Source of the DNA: Nemertoderma westbladi
Taxonomy: Eukaryota > Animalia > Xenacoelomorpha
Direction: 5' to 3'
Length of the DNA stretch: 48,824 bases
NCBI GenBank assembly: GCA_032718475.1
Contig: JAUCBJ010000214.1
Coordinates: forward strand, 1 to 48,824
A program made the translations under genes and the position numbers. Positions 22,146-34,638 of this stretch are shown here, one piece after another. The notes beneath the pieces are model-generated. The model was not told where the DNA came from and searched no databases. It worked only from the letters and a program-made list of their open reading frames with translations. How positions within the stretch are numbered: the stretch's first letter is position 1; every line of letters starts with the position of its first letter.

Positions 22146-23250
22146 TGGGAGACAGGGGGGGGGGGGGGGGGGGACTGGACGCAAATACCATCGTAGCGAA
22201 TTAATATCCCGCCTCAATGTTAAATTCACAATTTAGGGAAAGGAGCAGGTTACAGTGGCACGTTATTTTACCCAAAACAATAAACTAAACACAATAGAAC
22301 AGGTTACAGTTTTATTTTTGATAGTAATCAGTTGATATTTGCGTCTAATTTTCCCCTGGAGAGTGATGAAATTTTGCGTCCAGTTTCACCCCACCCTCCG
22401 TTCTAAGAATTATTTTCATTCGATACTAAGCAAGTTTTAAGCTGTATTGCGACATTTCTTTGTTCAGTGTATATTCTGCTTTGCTGATAACAGAATGTTT
22501 GCCGATAACACCTTGCTTAAAGTTTATGAATTATAGTTAATTACCAATGTACTGTTAATACACTCTAAATACTGAATTGATTGTGTTGACGTATTGTTGT
22601 ACCTATTGATTAGGTATATTTGATGTTCAATTGATGTATTGGTTATGATATGGAGATTCTGCTACATTAACACCGCATAACTTCCAACTTGTTTGTTGAT
22701 ATTTATATTTTGGGCGGTAAATTAGCAGTCTCGATTCACAATCAATTGGAGTGTATGAGAACATATGTTTATCAGATAGCTCCAACGTGTGTAAGCATGT
22801 CTTCTCCTTGTTCATAAACAAATGGCCCCAAGTCAGTAAATCAGGTCCCAGGGTGTATTTCAGTTGGGTCCATAATACCACATCCCTAGAGGATGTGACA
22901 AACTATAATTCTCACAAGCATATGTTGTATTTACCTTAAGTCATAGACCTTGTCGATTATCTAGAGCACAACACCCAAAACGGCACTGTTAATTACTATC
23001 CTGTGGGAGACTGGGGAAACTGGACGCAATAATAAGTCCATCCCTCTCCAGGGGAAATTGGACGCAAATAACAGCTGTTTACGAGCAAAAATAAGACTGT
23101 AACCTGTTCTATTGTGTTTAGTTTATTGTTTTGGTTAAAGTATCGTGCCCCTGTAACCTGCTCCTTTCCATAAATTGAGAATTTAACATTGAGGCGGGAT
23201 ATTAATTCGCCAAGGCGGGTTTTGCGTCCAGTTTCCACCCCTGTCTCCCT
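22146..23250. mobile_element. Non-autonomous foldback DNA transposon with ~250-bp imperfect inverted arms; possible 4-bp TSD GTAA (Kolobok-like, tentative)
   Basis: Ends gggagacagggg...cccctgtctccc. 22190-22390 is the reverse complement of about 23010-23235. GTAA flanks both ends (22142-22145, 23251-23254). Confidence 0.75.
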
Positions 23251-24719
23251 GTAAGTGAACATAATTGTTGGGAATTACATAGCGAGAATCAATCGAATGA
23301 TACATAACCAGCCTAATTCTAGTAAACCGATATATTTCATGCTCCCTGTGTTTGGGTTATACGCCGCACTAGCTTATTTAGATCTGGTGTTATCTCGTTT
23401 GGCAAATTTAACCAAGCCAAATTAACTGAAATTCCGTCCATCTTCAGGATTTTATCTCTGCAAATTGATTGTTTTCAGTTGGAACCCGGTTCAAGAAGCG
23501 AACTGGAAAGCTATGGACTTATTGTGGACTTTAATTAATTAATTTTAATTAATTTCACTCACTCACTACGTTCGTTCATGTAAGAAAGCACTCGTATCAT
23601 CACACTGTAAAATGCTACTGTACTTTACTTTTGAAATTACCGCAAATAGCCTTGCCTACTGTACATATTATTTGCTCCTTGTATTCGCTAACCCGATTGT
23701 TGTTTCTATCATGAGGGCTAGGTGCTAGTCCTAAATCAGTAAATGATGTGCATTACAGCATTATTCTTAATTCCAGCCAATCTGCCAGTCACCTGCCTGC
23801 CTGCCAATACTCACTGTGGACTGCTGAGTGCAGCAGTGCCAATTCAGCAATTGATATCCAGCCCAGCCAGGATGCCAGACCCAGGTGGTAGCTCCTGGCT
23901 GGCGTTTCTATGAACTGGCAGACTGGCTGGAAAAAAGTTGAATTGTATCTCAGTATCTGGCTCTGGCTGCACAGAACTGCAGAACCACAATCTGGCACTT
24001 TTGGCTGACTCTTTGGTTTAGGCCCTACAGCCCTGCCCATGCCCTACGTCAGCAGGTAGGAACTTCCTGCCAAAAAGGGGCTGTCCTAACAGCCAATCAG
24101 GCCAATACTATAGGGTGGATTTACTACAGGTAAACTGTTTAGACATGTTTTTGTTGACCTTGACGATTACTCCCCATAGAGATCATAGTTAAAAAAACCC
24201 AGACAGGACAGCCAAAATGGGGCAGGAATATGATTAGGCCTAATTGTGGTTAATTAGGCTAAAACAAAAGCATGCATACCGGTAATAATTAATTTTTTTC
24301 ATACATAATAGGCCTATAAAGTTAGAAATCCTCTATCTGCTGGTATAGCTTTCTACAGTTCTATATAACGCTGTTATAACAGCAGACTGGCAGAGACCCC
24401 TCAAAAATATTTATTCTCCCATGATATTCAATGAGGAATTCATAAATTTGTCCAGTGCGATGTTGGCTGTCTGGACTGGATATGACATTGACATGGGGGT
24501 CAATATAACAAACACCTCCCGCTCTGAAACTAACGACTGAACGATACTAACTAAAAGACTAACTGAAACGAACTAAAAGGAATTCAAATAAAATAAGCTA
24601 GAAATTTTAAACTTGTTTTTAGCGGCGAGTGCCAAATTTTGGTGCCGGCCCATGTGAAGAATACCGCCAATGTGAAGAATACCAGGATTTCACTTTTCGG
24701 TCGACTTTTATTGGAATTT

Positions 24720-26692
24720 TGTGAGCTATTGTACATACAGTAGTTTATTATGCCTTGCGACCTGTCTGCCTGTAGATGGCGCTAGGCTAGCATTATTATC
24801 TTTTGGTTCTCTTGCTGTAGTACTGTTACACCGCGGCCTATCTGCCTATATGAAGCCACGGCTCTACTGTAGTTGGTGTACCGGTACCATATATTATATG
24901 CGATATATGCATGATACATGGCGCAGTTTGTAGGATCACCCTACACCCTACGCGGTTCTCTGAACCCCTCCCCCTCCTGCGGGACTAGTAAATACAGAAA
25001 TAGGGATTGAACCACGCCGGACCCTCACGGGTGCCTCACGGCCTTCACTGGTTCCTTCCCTCCCCACTAAACTCATCCGGTGCTGTTAAGGATTTTTCCT
25101 CTCCCCGATGCCACGCAAGAACCGCAGCGAGACCATAGCGACTCCGACACGGACGAGGCTCGAGACGACGGCCCCACGGAGGAGGCCGCTAGCGGCGTTG
25201 CCCCTCCACCAGAATCCCAGACGCCCTATCCCGGTCCTCCGTTGACGACCCCACTCCCGCCGACATCGTGGACGACTGCGAGATGGCCGTCTATGTCTGG
25301 GCCGTCACCGAGTCTATCACTACTGGTACCGACCTCGATGACGCCGTCCACGGCCGACTACCGGACCCCCTCCTCACCCAGTTGTCCCGCGTGGCACGCG
25401 ACGACGACGACTACTGCGCCCTACGATCCGCAGTCGAGTCCGGGTTCCCCAATGCCGCCGCACATGGCTCCGGCGTCCGCCCGTATTGGGGCATTCGAGA
25501 GGACCTAACGACTGAACGACCAACGGCGATCTCGTTCTGTATGGCTCCCGCATAGTCGTCCTGGCCGCGGCACGGCGTGACGCGCTCTTGGGCATACACT
25601 CCGCTCACTAAGGCGTCGAGAAGTCGCTGCGACGCGCCCGCCAACTCCTATATTGGCCAGGTATGGCCAACGACATCCGTCAGTCAGTGGGCGCATGCGG
25701 CACATGTCTGACTCACCACGCCAGCCAACCGAAGGAGCCCCTCATTGCCGTCCCTCTCCCAAATCGGCCTTTCAAGGAAAGCGCGGCCGACTTCTTCAAG
25801 CACACGGGTCGACACTTCCTGGCTGTGGTCGACCGATATTCGGGATGGCCCGAGATTGCCCCATTTCCTGAACCCCCCCCCACCTTGATCACGACCGCGA
25901 ATGCCATGCGAGAAATTTTCACCCACTTCGGTGTCCCTACCCGCTTACGGTCAGACGGCGGGACACCTTTCACGGGGCACCCGTTCGTATCGTTCCTCCG
26001 TGATTGGCTGGGGCTTGGCGCCTGTGACGTCATCACCGGAATACCCCCAATCAAACGGGCTGGCAGAATCCGCCGTAAAGGCGCTCAAGGGCCTCTTAGA
26101 CAAGACCGGGGGGACGTTTCTTCGACACCCTTCCTAGAAGGCCTCCTCGAACTACAAAACTCACCACGGCACGGGAGCATGGACTATCCCCCGCCGAAAT
26201 CTTGTTCGGACACCCTGTCCGCACTCGGGTTCCTGGACACCACTCCGCCTTCATGCGCACCCACCAGGCGGCACGGGCAGCCCTCGACCTCGCGACACCC
26301 ACCATCGCGGCAAGCCGCAAACGGACCTACAACCGCGGAGCAGCGGCTCTGGGGTACAACCCGTAATTCACAGACTGAAACTGAAAGTAATTAGAGCCTT
26401 GCTCGTGCTGCGCGATGGACCGACCACGCCAGCACCCGGACTTTCGGACTCTTACGGACAACGGACATTATGATAGCTCCAGAAAATTATTCCTGGGACT
26501 CGAAAGGGGATTTGAGCTATTGTACATACAGTAGTTTATTATGCCTTCCGACCTGTAGATGGCGCTAGGCTAGCATTATTATCTTTAGGTTCTCTTGCTG
26601 TAGTACTGTACACCGCGGCCTATATGAAGCCATGGCCCTGCTGTAGTTTGTGTACCGGTACCATATATTATATGCGATATATGCATGATACA
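24720..26692 (+). mobile_element. Internally deleted Gypsy LTR retrotransposon (1973 bp)
   Basis: LTRs 24720-24918 and 26511-26692; TSD aattt on both sides; PBS tggcgcagtttgtaggat (tRNA-Ser-like); PPT gaaagggga; integrase relic inside. Confidence 0.9.
25340..26360 (+). pseudogene. Frameshifted Gypsy integrase (zinc-binding domain and core)
   Basis: YWPGMANDIRQSVGACGTC, ADFF...LAVVDRYSGWP, LRSDGG and SSPEYPQSNGLAESAVK are spread over several frames. Confidence 0.88.
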
Positions 26693-27494
26693 AATTTTAT
26701 ATATGAAGATTTTAATTTTTTTTTTTAATTTATCTTTATTAAGTGTTTTATAGAGCTTATTTATGTCTTATAACCTGTACATATACTAATTCGTTTATTG
26801 TTTTGGTTATATTCAGCCCTTCTGTAACCTGTGTTTTTGGTGAAAACCTGGTATTCTTCACATGGGGGTAACTGCAAAGTGAAATATAACGGCAGAAAGT
26901 CTGGTATTCTTCGCCCATGTAAGAATACCAGGATTTCACTTTTCGGTCGATTTTTTATTGGTCGATATTTTTTATTAAATTTATCTTTATTAAGTGTTTT
27001 ATGCGCGTGCGCGATGTCCTTTATTTTTTGAGGGGGATGATCTATTGATCAGTCAGTCGGACGGTTAGTAAGAAGGTGGGTGTAAACAAAAGCTGAGTTT
27101 GAGTAAATATATACTGTATACCTATATATATATATGTAATAAATCAGTTAAATACAAATATAATATACTCTCACAATAATAATATACTGTTAAATCAATA
27201 AATACAAAGTATCGATATTCTCTCTCACTTCAACCTACACCTACACTACACATCCCGCAATCTCCCGCAATCTCCCTCTCTACCTTTCTTCTACTCTCTC
27301 CCCCATGGCACACTTACGGCTCCAATTAAACAACTACAGCTGATTGCTTTCCCAATTATCTTTTAACACGATATCACAATCTTTTTACTACTAATAGTAC
27401 TTAACTAATTATGTTTATGCTAATTATTTATCAACCTATTATTGCCACATGGGTGGGTGGGTGGATGGGAATGTGGGAAGGTGCCCGCTATGCG

Positions 27495-27735
27495 CCGCTG
27501 GTTGTTTATTGTTTTGGTTAGAAAAGTCAGCCGCGGTAACATTCTCCTTTCCCTCAATTGGTAGACGTAACAAAATCGTTGATTGTTTTGGTTAGAAAAC
27601 CATGTCTCTGTAACCTGCTCCTTTCCCTCAATTTGTAGGTAACAACGTCGTTTATTGTTTTAGTTAGAAATTACAGCCGCTGTAACCTGCTCTTTTCCTT
27701 CAATTGGAAGGTAACAACAGCGTTTATTAATTCCC
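27495..27735. repeat. 3-4 degenerate ~70-bp units related to the arm of the 22146-23250 element
   Basis: tttattgttttggttagaaa...gtaacctgctcctttcc.tcaatt recurs and resembles 23120-23180. Confidence 0.6.
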
Positions 27736-28229
27736 ACATTCCCATCAACCTTCCCATATTCCTTCATCGTCTGGGTATACTAAACTCCACTGTATCAGCT
27801 GGCAATATGGGGTATGTTAAGTGTTTCGTCATATACACTACACACTACACAGTAGGCCTAGAGAGATACCCCTTCTTCCTTCCTGCCTTCCCTTTCTGCC
27901 TTTAGCGTAACAAACAAACAATATTTTAAATGTAATATATTAATAAGTATCATTATTTAATTAATAATATTAATTATAATTAATATAATTAACTTTAACT
28001 ATTAATAATGATGATAACTATTAACAAGAAAATTTACGAAAATATTGCAGCAAAGGCTGTATTGTTTTTAATAAATGTTTAATGTTTCAACACCAACTAA
28101 ATCTACGAAAGTTGTTTATATCTGAAACTATCCATCTTTGCTGGGACAATCACACAACTTTCATACCCGCCATCCTTCATCCTATATTTATTATAGATAA
28201 GGGTGGTGTTTCGCGAGTGGTCGAGGAGG

Positions 28230-31019
28230 GGAAAGATAAATCCTTTTGGTAATCCTTAGTGAATGAGGTCCTCCGGTATGGGATGGTGATATATGATAAC
28301 GAGAACCATCTAGACAGACTGACGAGTGATAAAAGGAAATGGAAAATCCTTAAGGAACAGGAGCACGAAAGGGAAAATGAAATAATCTTGACAAGAGTAA
28401 CCTATACGGTAGTCCCCCACAGGCCAATATGCAACAACTGTATATCGGTACAGTATAGTTCGCTCCCAGGTCAGGTGTAATAGGCCCGGTAGAGGAAAAA
28501 GAGTAGGCGCAACCCTCCCTCGTACAGATTAGCGTGCCAGTTATGGGACGAATGCTAGTTTTCGACTTCTCGAAAACCCAACAGGACATTATACGGGGGA
28601 AATGCCTACCGGAAACTGTTACCAGACTACTGATGACCAGTCAATAATAAAAATTGGTCCAGGAATCGGCGCTTTTCTATGGGACTTTTGCGAAGGTTCT
28701 GTCTCCCCCATAACCCCAGTAGTAGATGTGCAGAAACTGGTCTATACCTCCATCAAAACTAAACTCTAAACGCTACAGCCAGGAAATGATTGACCTAGCA
28801 GCCCCCCGGGATGACGATATTATCCCGGATGACTACAAAGTTGGAACGGGGATGATGGCATATATCATAGGGGGGTAGGACATGAAACCTCACCACGGAG
28901 GGAAAACAACCACTGCCAGACAGAAATACAGCCGTAAATATCATGGCCACCAACCTTCCGTCTGGGAACACGAACTCCAGTCCCTATGGAAGGTATATGA
29001 CATGGTAAAATGCCTAAGATGACACATCACCAAGTGCATTATTTACAAACTGAAAGTCTAGTACTGGGCGGCATCGTATTCCAATTCATTAGGGATATGG
29101 TGTTAAAACACCCCGAACGCTTGGATATCCTGAACAATGTGACCCGTAAACACCTCGCTTCCTACGTCCTACGTGGCTTCATGGGCTATGAAACCTTAGC
29201 ACAGTGGAAAGTGCTGCCAGTCTGGGAGAGCAGGAGTAATATCTGGGATATCGCGGAAAACAAAATAGCGTCAGCATCACAACAATTACTGCATAACGAA
29301 CCAGCAGTAACCAACGCGGTCAGACATTCGGTCTTTGGGCTTAGGCCTATACAACCTAAACCCAAATATATCCCAATAAAACCGGATCCAAAGTCTAATC
29401 CTGATGCAGGGCAGTACAGCGGTCGGTGCGTACCCGTATAGCTGCTACCCGAGCCTCCCGCGGCGAGAGCTCCGACGACACAGAGGCGAGGATGGAACCG
29501 CAATCTTCTCAGAGACGTCATAACGTCTTGTTATAGGAGGAAAACCTCCCCTCTACGAGCGTGGCCCTACACCAGTCGTCTAAATGGCAACGGACTCGCG
29601 GGCCAGAGGTTGAGCCACTGCAGGAACCGAAGGCTCACCCCATAACCTCTATCCAATGGACTATAACCCAGGAGTTGCCGTGGAAAGTGCCGGAGATTGA
29701 TGTACCTGCCGATTTGGATCGCGCGGAGCTACAGAGGATAAACGCATTACCGGAACTCAGCATCTACTATGATATTCCAGAACACTACGGATTTTCCGAA
29801 GCAAATTTTCCGGTTCCAGGATATACGCCTAAGGTACCGGACCAGTATAAACCGGACATCGGAGAGGACGATACCTGGGTTCCTCCCACCATTATCCTCG
29901 CAAACTTCGTCTACCCACAACCGGAAAAGTTAGCTGATGGCACCGGTACAAACAGAGACTATGCGGAATCGATAAACCCCATCGATATTCGAGCCACCTT
30001 CAACGAGTTTCAGGTGATGGTCACCCAACCAGTCGAGTGGGAGGAGGAGGTCACCAATCTCCAACTTCCCATGGAGGGGAAAAAGGAAAAGGACCCTAAA
30101 CTACACCAGACCATACAAGGGAAAATCCGCAAGGCCAGGGAATCTCGATTATCTCAGCTAAATAAGATCTATAAAACGCAGATGCTGGAAAGGGTCGCCC
30201 AGAAGGCCCCTATGGTCCGCAGAACATTTTGCAAACTAAATCCATTAACACCGCTTCCCCTCAGCTGCTATTGCACTCTTTGCGGCAATGGGGAGAACTT
30301 CTGCAAACCTCGAGGCGCAGAACCCCATCAAAAGGGAAAACCGGAGGCTAAAATCACTGGCGTGTGTACCGTACGTGGGTGAAGTTTGGCATGGTTCCTT
30401 TCTGTTCGTGGTGCAAGATCCGGGGACACAACACTGCCTGCTGCCCCGATATGCTCACTCAGTATGAAAGTTGCGCACTGCGGGGTCACCACTCGAAGGC
30501 TATGGCCTCAAAGAACCGAGAGTGTTGGGCTGACCTTCTGATAATGGAACAAATACGGCGATATGAGAAACTTGAGTATCTCGCGAATCTCCACTCGAAA
30601 CTCAAATGGAGAGTGGAGAAAGCAGGTACAAACGAGCGTTATGGTATCTGACACGGCGTATTTACCTTCCCCACCAACCCTTGCAACTTCGCAATGAGAC
30701 GATACGATACCCCCGACCAATATCGTTTCACCTACAAAGCGCTTATGCGCAAGCAACACACCCTGAAGTCGGGCCGATAGCCCTACAAACGTGGCTACTC
30801 CAATATATACCCGGACAACTCTGGGTTTGGTTAAGCGATGGGATGGCGACAGATTGGGAGATGAACTATATTCCCCAACCTGGGGCCGTGATTCCCATTG
30901 ACACTGGGAGCCGAAACCGGGATCGGCAGTTTCAGCTAGAAAGTATCCGACAGAAAACGGACACTCCCAATCTGGAGTGGGCCGATCTCCTCGAGTCGGA
31001 CGATATGGAGGAGGGATAG
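28230..31019 (+). pseudogene. Degenerate intronless ORF: putative DEDDy (WRN/EXD2-like) 3'-5' exonuclease domain, low-complexity linker and CCHC zinc knuckles
   Basis: A chain of same-strand ORFs linked by stops and frameshifts. Motifs in order: MVIYDNE, PSLVQIS, LPETVTRLL..IIKIGPGI, VVDVQKL, QVHYLQTE; later CYCTLCG, CSWCKIRGHNTACC and (Y)ESCALRGH. Confidence 0.6.
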
Positions 31020-31878
31020 AGGCTTGCGTCCTGAGCCGCACCGAGGTCACAGGGCCCATTCCTTTCCTCGGAAGGGTTTTGGGTTTATGTGATGCTCGGA
31101 GCGAGGAGGGAAGCAAGCCATAGGGGGAGCTACGGGACCCCTCAAAGCGCGATTAGCCGATGATCGATACGATTATTTCTCGATAAACTGTAGAGACAAA
31201 CTCTTGTCGAAGGAAATCAAACTCATTATCGATAATAAAGACCCACGGCTCCATTCTATCTCGAAAACAAACTCGATAATCCTGATGATGGGAGTAAAGA
31301 TCAACCCCAACTTGACTTTCTGAACTCATTCTGTATCATACAAACTCGATAATGAGTCAGAACCCAATTGCGTCATATGAACTCTAGGCCGACACCATTG
31401 AACTCTAGGCCGAGTCAGATTATTTAGGACCATACCTTTTATATATGTAAAATCGTTTGCTTCTTGGTTCCCTACGTGGAACAAAGCAATAACAAGATTT
31501 GTCGCGTTTGTGTGAAAGAAATTTAATTTTTGTGACGGGATTGAGTTCTATAATCCCGACCGGATAAGGTTGTACGCATCACTTCGCTGCTGGGCTGCTG
31601 AACTAATATCTTTGGCCAAAGGCCGTTCAGGAAAATAACAAAGTTTGTGTTTCTTGGTGTTAATGTTTCCAGTGATAATATCACAGTATGTATGACAAAT
31701 AATAATAGAAATTGCAACACAGATTAATGACAACAGTATATGAAATGACAGTCGAAACTATTGCCGGTCCGCAACTGTGTGATTAATGAACTGACCGGTA
31801 AATCAGTAATCAGGATAACTATATGATTGATGCACATACATATTGATTTCACCTCTACACTACTCTGGCCTTTGCTAC

Positions 31879-32081
31879 TGTGTGATATGGGTCAGTCATG
31901 TGTCTGACATATTGGATATAACACATAGGCCTAGGATTTACCTACTTTCGTAGTTAGCAGTAGGCCTAGTACATTTAGGTATATTGTACCGGTTTGTGGT
32001 TTGCCGGCCTTTATGTGTTATGTTATATATCAGTATTTGATATCCTCAAATATATACCGATACATTGGAAGTTATGTTACA
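31879..32081 (+). repeat. 5' LTR
   Basis: tgtgtgatatggg...gttatgttaca, matching 37325-37527. Confidence 0.97.
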
Positions 32082-32100
32082 TGGCGCTGCGAGTAGGATT
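32082..32100 (+). promoter_or_regulatory. Primer-binding site, complementary to a tRNA-Ser-like 3' end
   Basis: TGGCGCTGCGAGTAGGATT lies immediately after the LTR. Confidence 0.8.
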
Positions 32101-32250
32101 TTACTACAGAACTCTCCTAATGGATACACTATTGATTATTAACGGCCACAGCCCCCAGTAGCCTGGCAACTCGGGCAGGGTGGCTCTGTAGAATCCTGGC
32201 TGGCCGGATTCTAGTATATACTCTCAGGCCGGCAACCACAAACAGTAACC

Positions 32251-34638
32251 ATGCGGTCGTCTTCCCGCCTCGCTGGCAGGACGCCATCCCCTCCGCCTAC
32301 GCCGCTGCAATCTGGACGTCTTCCGCCCCGGCACCCCATTACACGCATCGCACCATTCCTCCATTCGCCCAACTACTGCAGCCTACAGGTTTTGCACGAC
32401 GACCCAACCATTGAAGGAGAAAACAGCGAAGAGGAAGGTAACACCATTGCCATGGAAGAGACAATCCCATCCCAGTTTGACCCACGCATCTTCATGGTTA
32501 AACGCCCATGTGAGAAATTCGATATTGAAACAGAGGCTGACCAATGGCGGACATGGAAACGGCAATGGGAAAACTTCCTCGGGACATCCGGTATCGATCG
32601 ACTACTTGAAGTCGATCCACGTACTGGTGAACATTTTCCCAGCGATGAAATGACAGCAACACTAAGGGCTGCAAAGCAGAAAATTACAAGGAATGAGCTC
32701 CTTGCATCACTCTCCAGGAACACAGTAGAGACTCTAGATGGGCTAGGTATGACAGATGCTGACTGGAACTCCCCAGATGCCATTATTGCTGCATTGGATA
32801 AATTTATTCTAGGTGGGCGGAATGTTTGGAAATACCGAAATGAATTCGGTATAAGAGGGAAACAGGACAATGAGACTTTTGCAGAGTTTGTTGTGGCCCT
32901 ACGTAAAATTGGAACCAAGTGTGACTTTCCATTTACTGCCAGAAATGCCACAGATGCAATGAATGACAACCTTCTTAAGCAACTTATTCTCATGCCGGGT
33001 AATGATAAAGAGATTGCAGACCGCCTCCTGGAACTTCCTGAAACAGTCACTTTCACTGAAGCACTAAAGGTAGCTGAGTCAATGGAGGCTGCTCGTAAGA
33101 CACGCTCAGACATTAGCACTGCAAGGTCAACTAGTATGACTAGTGGAAGTGGTGATACAAACAGACTTGTGGCCAAGTCCAAGACAAAGAAATGCTTTTA
33201 TTGTGGCCATGAACTCCCACATGGCCCGGGCCAGAAATTTCGCACCTGCTCTGCAATTGGTAAAATATGTACACATTGCAGCAAATCTGGCCACTATAAT
33301 CGATGCTGCCCATCCCACACCAATGGTGCTAGGAACAATACACGTAGCAGACGAATTGGCCGTGGTGGATACATGGGCCGCGGCACATATACTGGCGGCA
33401 ATGATCGGTACAATAGGGGCCAAAGACAACCGCAGACCTACAACACCGTATGGTCCCCTAATAACACCAATATAAATAATGAAGGTCAATATCTATACGA
33501 GGGCCAGTATCCATCTAACAGTGACAACGCACCAAATCTATCTAGTCTCCGGGGGGACCCAACACTACTCACGTGTTTGGCCCTAGTACCCAGTCCTGAT
33601 TCTACTAAAGCTCTGGCCCGTATTGCTGCTGCAGATGGCACAGCACGACAGCTGGATGAACTGCAGCCACTAGAACTCACTCAAGTGCTTGTGGCAAGTG
33701 CCGATCACCCATTACGGTTCAAGACAAATGTCTCAATTTTAGCTGATGGCGGGGCCAATCTTATGGCAGTGAGTCCTGATGTACCCAAGGCCATGGGTAT
33801 TAAATGGCACCAATTGAGCAACACAACCAACCCACCCCCAGCCCCAAAATGCGCTGATGGGTCAAATAAAGGACTCAAGCTCCTTGGTACATTCAGGGCA
33901 CATGTATCATTTAAGGGCCTCAGTACCGATGTAGATGCATATGTGGTGCATGGCCTAGCTAAGCCACTACTGTCTCGGACTGCATGCTTTGCCCTCACTA
34001 TCCTAGCCAGTGAACATATTAATGGGGGACTCTCGGGATATAGTGATAATGCTGACATATTCCATACACAAATTGGAAACTTCAATCAAGCTAATTGCCA
34101 TATGATGACACCACCATTCACCAATCCGCACCAATGCAATAGTAGTACATCAAATGGTGCTCTACCAGTTGACCTCATAGAAGAATTTCCCAATGTATTG
34201 TCTGGAATTTGCCGCATAATGAAGGGTCCACCAGTGGTGATTAGAATTCACACAGATGCAGTACCCGTTGCAGTGCACCACACACGTCAGATCCCTATTA
34301 ACCTGGTTGAACCATTTAAGTGTGAAATACAAGCACAAATTGATATGGGCATCATCGAGAAGGCTACAGATGATGCCAATCCTTCAGAATGGTGTAGTCC
34401 TATGGTTGTAACAAAGAAGAAGGACCCTTCCGCATGCCGGGTCACTATAGATATGCGCGCTATAAATGATGCTACAATCCGTCCCACCTTCCCGTCCCCA
34501 TCACCTCACCAGATTGTTGCCACCCTGCCTGCATCTGCAACATTCTTTACTGTAGTAGATGGTTTGAAAGGATTCCACCAGCTGGAGCTCGCAGAGGGAA
34601 GCAGGGGACTTACCACATTCTTGACTCCATATGGCTGA
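32251..34638 (+). CDS. Gag-Pol part 1: Gag with paired zinc knuckles, aspartic protease and RT N-terminal half; ends at a premature TGA
   Basis: CFYCG..H..C..CTHCSKSGHYNRCC; ILADGGAN; WCSPMVV..RVTIDMRAIN..DGLKGFHQL..TTFLTPYG*. Confidence 0.9.
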   Translation: MRSSSRLAGRTPSPPPTPLQSGRLPPRHPITRIAPFLHSPNYCSLQVLHDDPTIEGENSEEEGNTIAMEETIPSQFDPRIFMVKRPCEKFDIETEADQWRTWKRQWENFLGTSGIDRLLEVDPRTGEHFPSDEMTATLRAAKQKITRNELLASLSRNTVETLDGLGMTDADWNSPDAIIAALDKFILGGRNVWKYRNEFGIRGKQDNETFAEFVVALRKIGTKCDFPFTARNATDAMNDNLLKQLILMPGNDKEIADRLLELPETVTFTEALKVAESMEAARKTRSDISTARSTSMTSGSGDTNRLVAKSKTKKCFYCGHELPHGPGQKFRTCSAIGKICTHCSKSGHYNRCCPSHTNGARNNTRSRRIGRGGYMGRGTYTGGNDRYNRGQRQPQTYNTVWSPNNTNINNEGQYLYEGQYPSNSDNAPNLSSLRGDPTLLTCLALVPSPDSTKALARIAAADGTARQLDELQPLELTQVLVASADHPLRFKTNVSILADGGANLMAVSPDVPKAMGIKWHQLSNTTNPPPAPKCADGSNKGLKLLGTFRAHVSFKGLSTDVDAYVVHGLAKPLLSRTACFALTILASEHINGGLSGYSDNADIFHTQIGNFNQANCHMMTPPFTNPHQCNSSTSNGALPVDLIEEFPNVLSGICRIMKGPPVVIRIHTDAVPVAVHHTRQIPINLVEPFKCEIQAQIDMGIIEKATDDANPSEWCSPMVVTKKKDPSACRVTIDMRAINDATIRPTFPSPSPHQIVATLPASATFFTVVDGLKGFHQLELAEGSRGLTTFLTPYG

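Noticed and set aside
31523-31720. Signal-peptide-like ORF as first exon of the ShKT gene
   Set aside because: It lacks an ATG start and a suitable donor; 13287-13209 fits much better.
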